Source: Bacillales bacterium (lineage in GTDB: Bacteria; Bacillota_I; Bacilli_A; RF39; UBA660). Taken from it: a stretch of 64,000 nt of DNA. The stretch covers positions 85,856 to 149,855 of the forward strand of contig JAEELI010000017.1 in the NCBI GenBank assembly GCA_016288795.1, given 5' to 3'. How positions within the stretch are numbered: the first letter of the stretch is position 1; each line of letters starts with the position of its first letter. The notes under the pieces are model-generated. The model was not told the DNA's origin, searched no databases, and saw only the letters and a list, made by a program, of their open reading frames with translations. Positions 63,532-64,000 of the stretch are shown in pieces. The position numbers and the translations under genes were made by a program.

Positions 63532-64000
63532 AAAAGATATTAACTAACATAGTGTTGTTTTTATTAATGTCATTTGTATTTATTCCAAACATTCATGCTG
63601 AAATAAATGTTGATAATGTCAACAATGTAGAAGCAGTTGAAGAAATAGTTACAAGTGATGACTTAATAAATACAGAAGAGGAAATTATTGAGGAAGAAGA
63701 GGAAGAAAAAGAGACAGCTGAAGATGAAGCTGTAGAAGAGTTAACAGACACTGTTTCTGAACAAGCAAATCAAACCGCTGAAACAGAAGAAGTTGGAACG
63801 ACAACTGAAACTGAAGAACCAGTTATGACATTAGCAGCATCTGATAATGCTTCTAGTAATGATGAAGGAAGCGGAAATAATAATTATAATGTTAAATTTT
63901 GGACAAATGATAATAAGCATTATATTGCAGGTGTTGAAAGTGTTAGTCTTTCAACATTAAACGAAAAATTATCTTTGAATATTAATTTAAATAATATTAC
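63528..64000 (+). CDS. secreted acidic protein (Glu/Thr-rich), 3'-truncated at window edge; possible sortase substrate
   Basis: ATGA overlap with sortase stop; signal peptide MKKILTNIVLFLLMSFVFIPNIHA; EEEEEKETAEDE acidic tract. Confidence 0.5.
   Translation, partial: MKKILTNIVLFLLMSFVFIPNIHAEINVDNVNNVEAVEEIVTSDDLINTEEEIIEEEEEEKETAEDEAVEELTDTVSEQANQTAETEEVGTTTETEEPVMTLAASDNASSNDEGSGNNNYNVKFWTNDNKHYIAGVESVSLSTLNEKLSLNINLNNI

Overview
This is a very AT-rich (about 25-30% GC by eye) low-GC Firmicutes/Bacillota-type chromosomal window, dense in housekeeping genes. The main recognisable genes are listed here.
- Replication and repair: pcrA, ligA, dnaE, polC, mutL.
- Translation: three aminoacyl-tRNA synthetases (ileS, glyQS, serS), each with a T-box leader; ribosomal proteins S21, S4 and L28 (rpmB, missed by the ORF track); fmt; thiI; miaB; tRNA-Arg(CCG) and tRNA-Met(CAT).
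- The conserved Bacillus-like rpsU-yqeY-yqfC-yqfD-ybeY-dgkA-era-(yqzL)-recO block, plus sepF/divIVA/cdsA/rseP.

Several non-core modules sit among these.
- Bacteriocin locus: a double-glycine-leader bacteriocin cluster between fmt and rpsU. It has a C39-peptidase ABC exporter, a short coupled membrane ORF, and three tandem unannotated GG-leader peptide genes, each with a lone C-terminal Cys.
- Unknown operon: a translationally coupled two-gene operon of unknown function (503 aa + 157 aa) beside an HNH nuclease.
- tRNA-Arg-adjacent genes: a three-gene set (HEAT-like/SAM-methyltransferase fusion, CYTH, DUF3800-like) before pcrA.
- LRR protein: a secreted LRR protein inserted in the era-recO cluster.
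- Secreted paralogs: a compositionally atypical (higher-GC) pair of paralogous secreted Cys-containing proteins with an unrecognised repeat domain, downstream of a heterodimeric ABC exporter.
- Right-end block: a DUF362-like protein, a CPWC thioredoxin-like lipoprotein, a Fic-like protein with a degenerate active-site motif, and a sortase B with a downstream acidic secreted protein truncated at the window end.

No CRISPR array, transposase or rRNA was seen.
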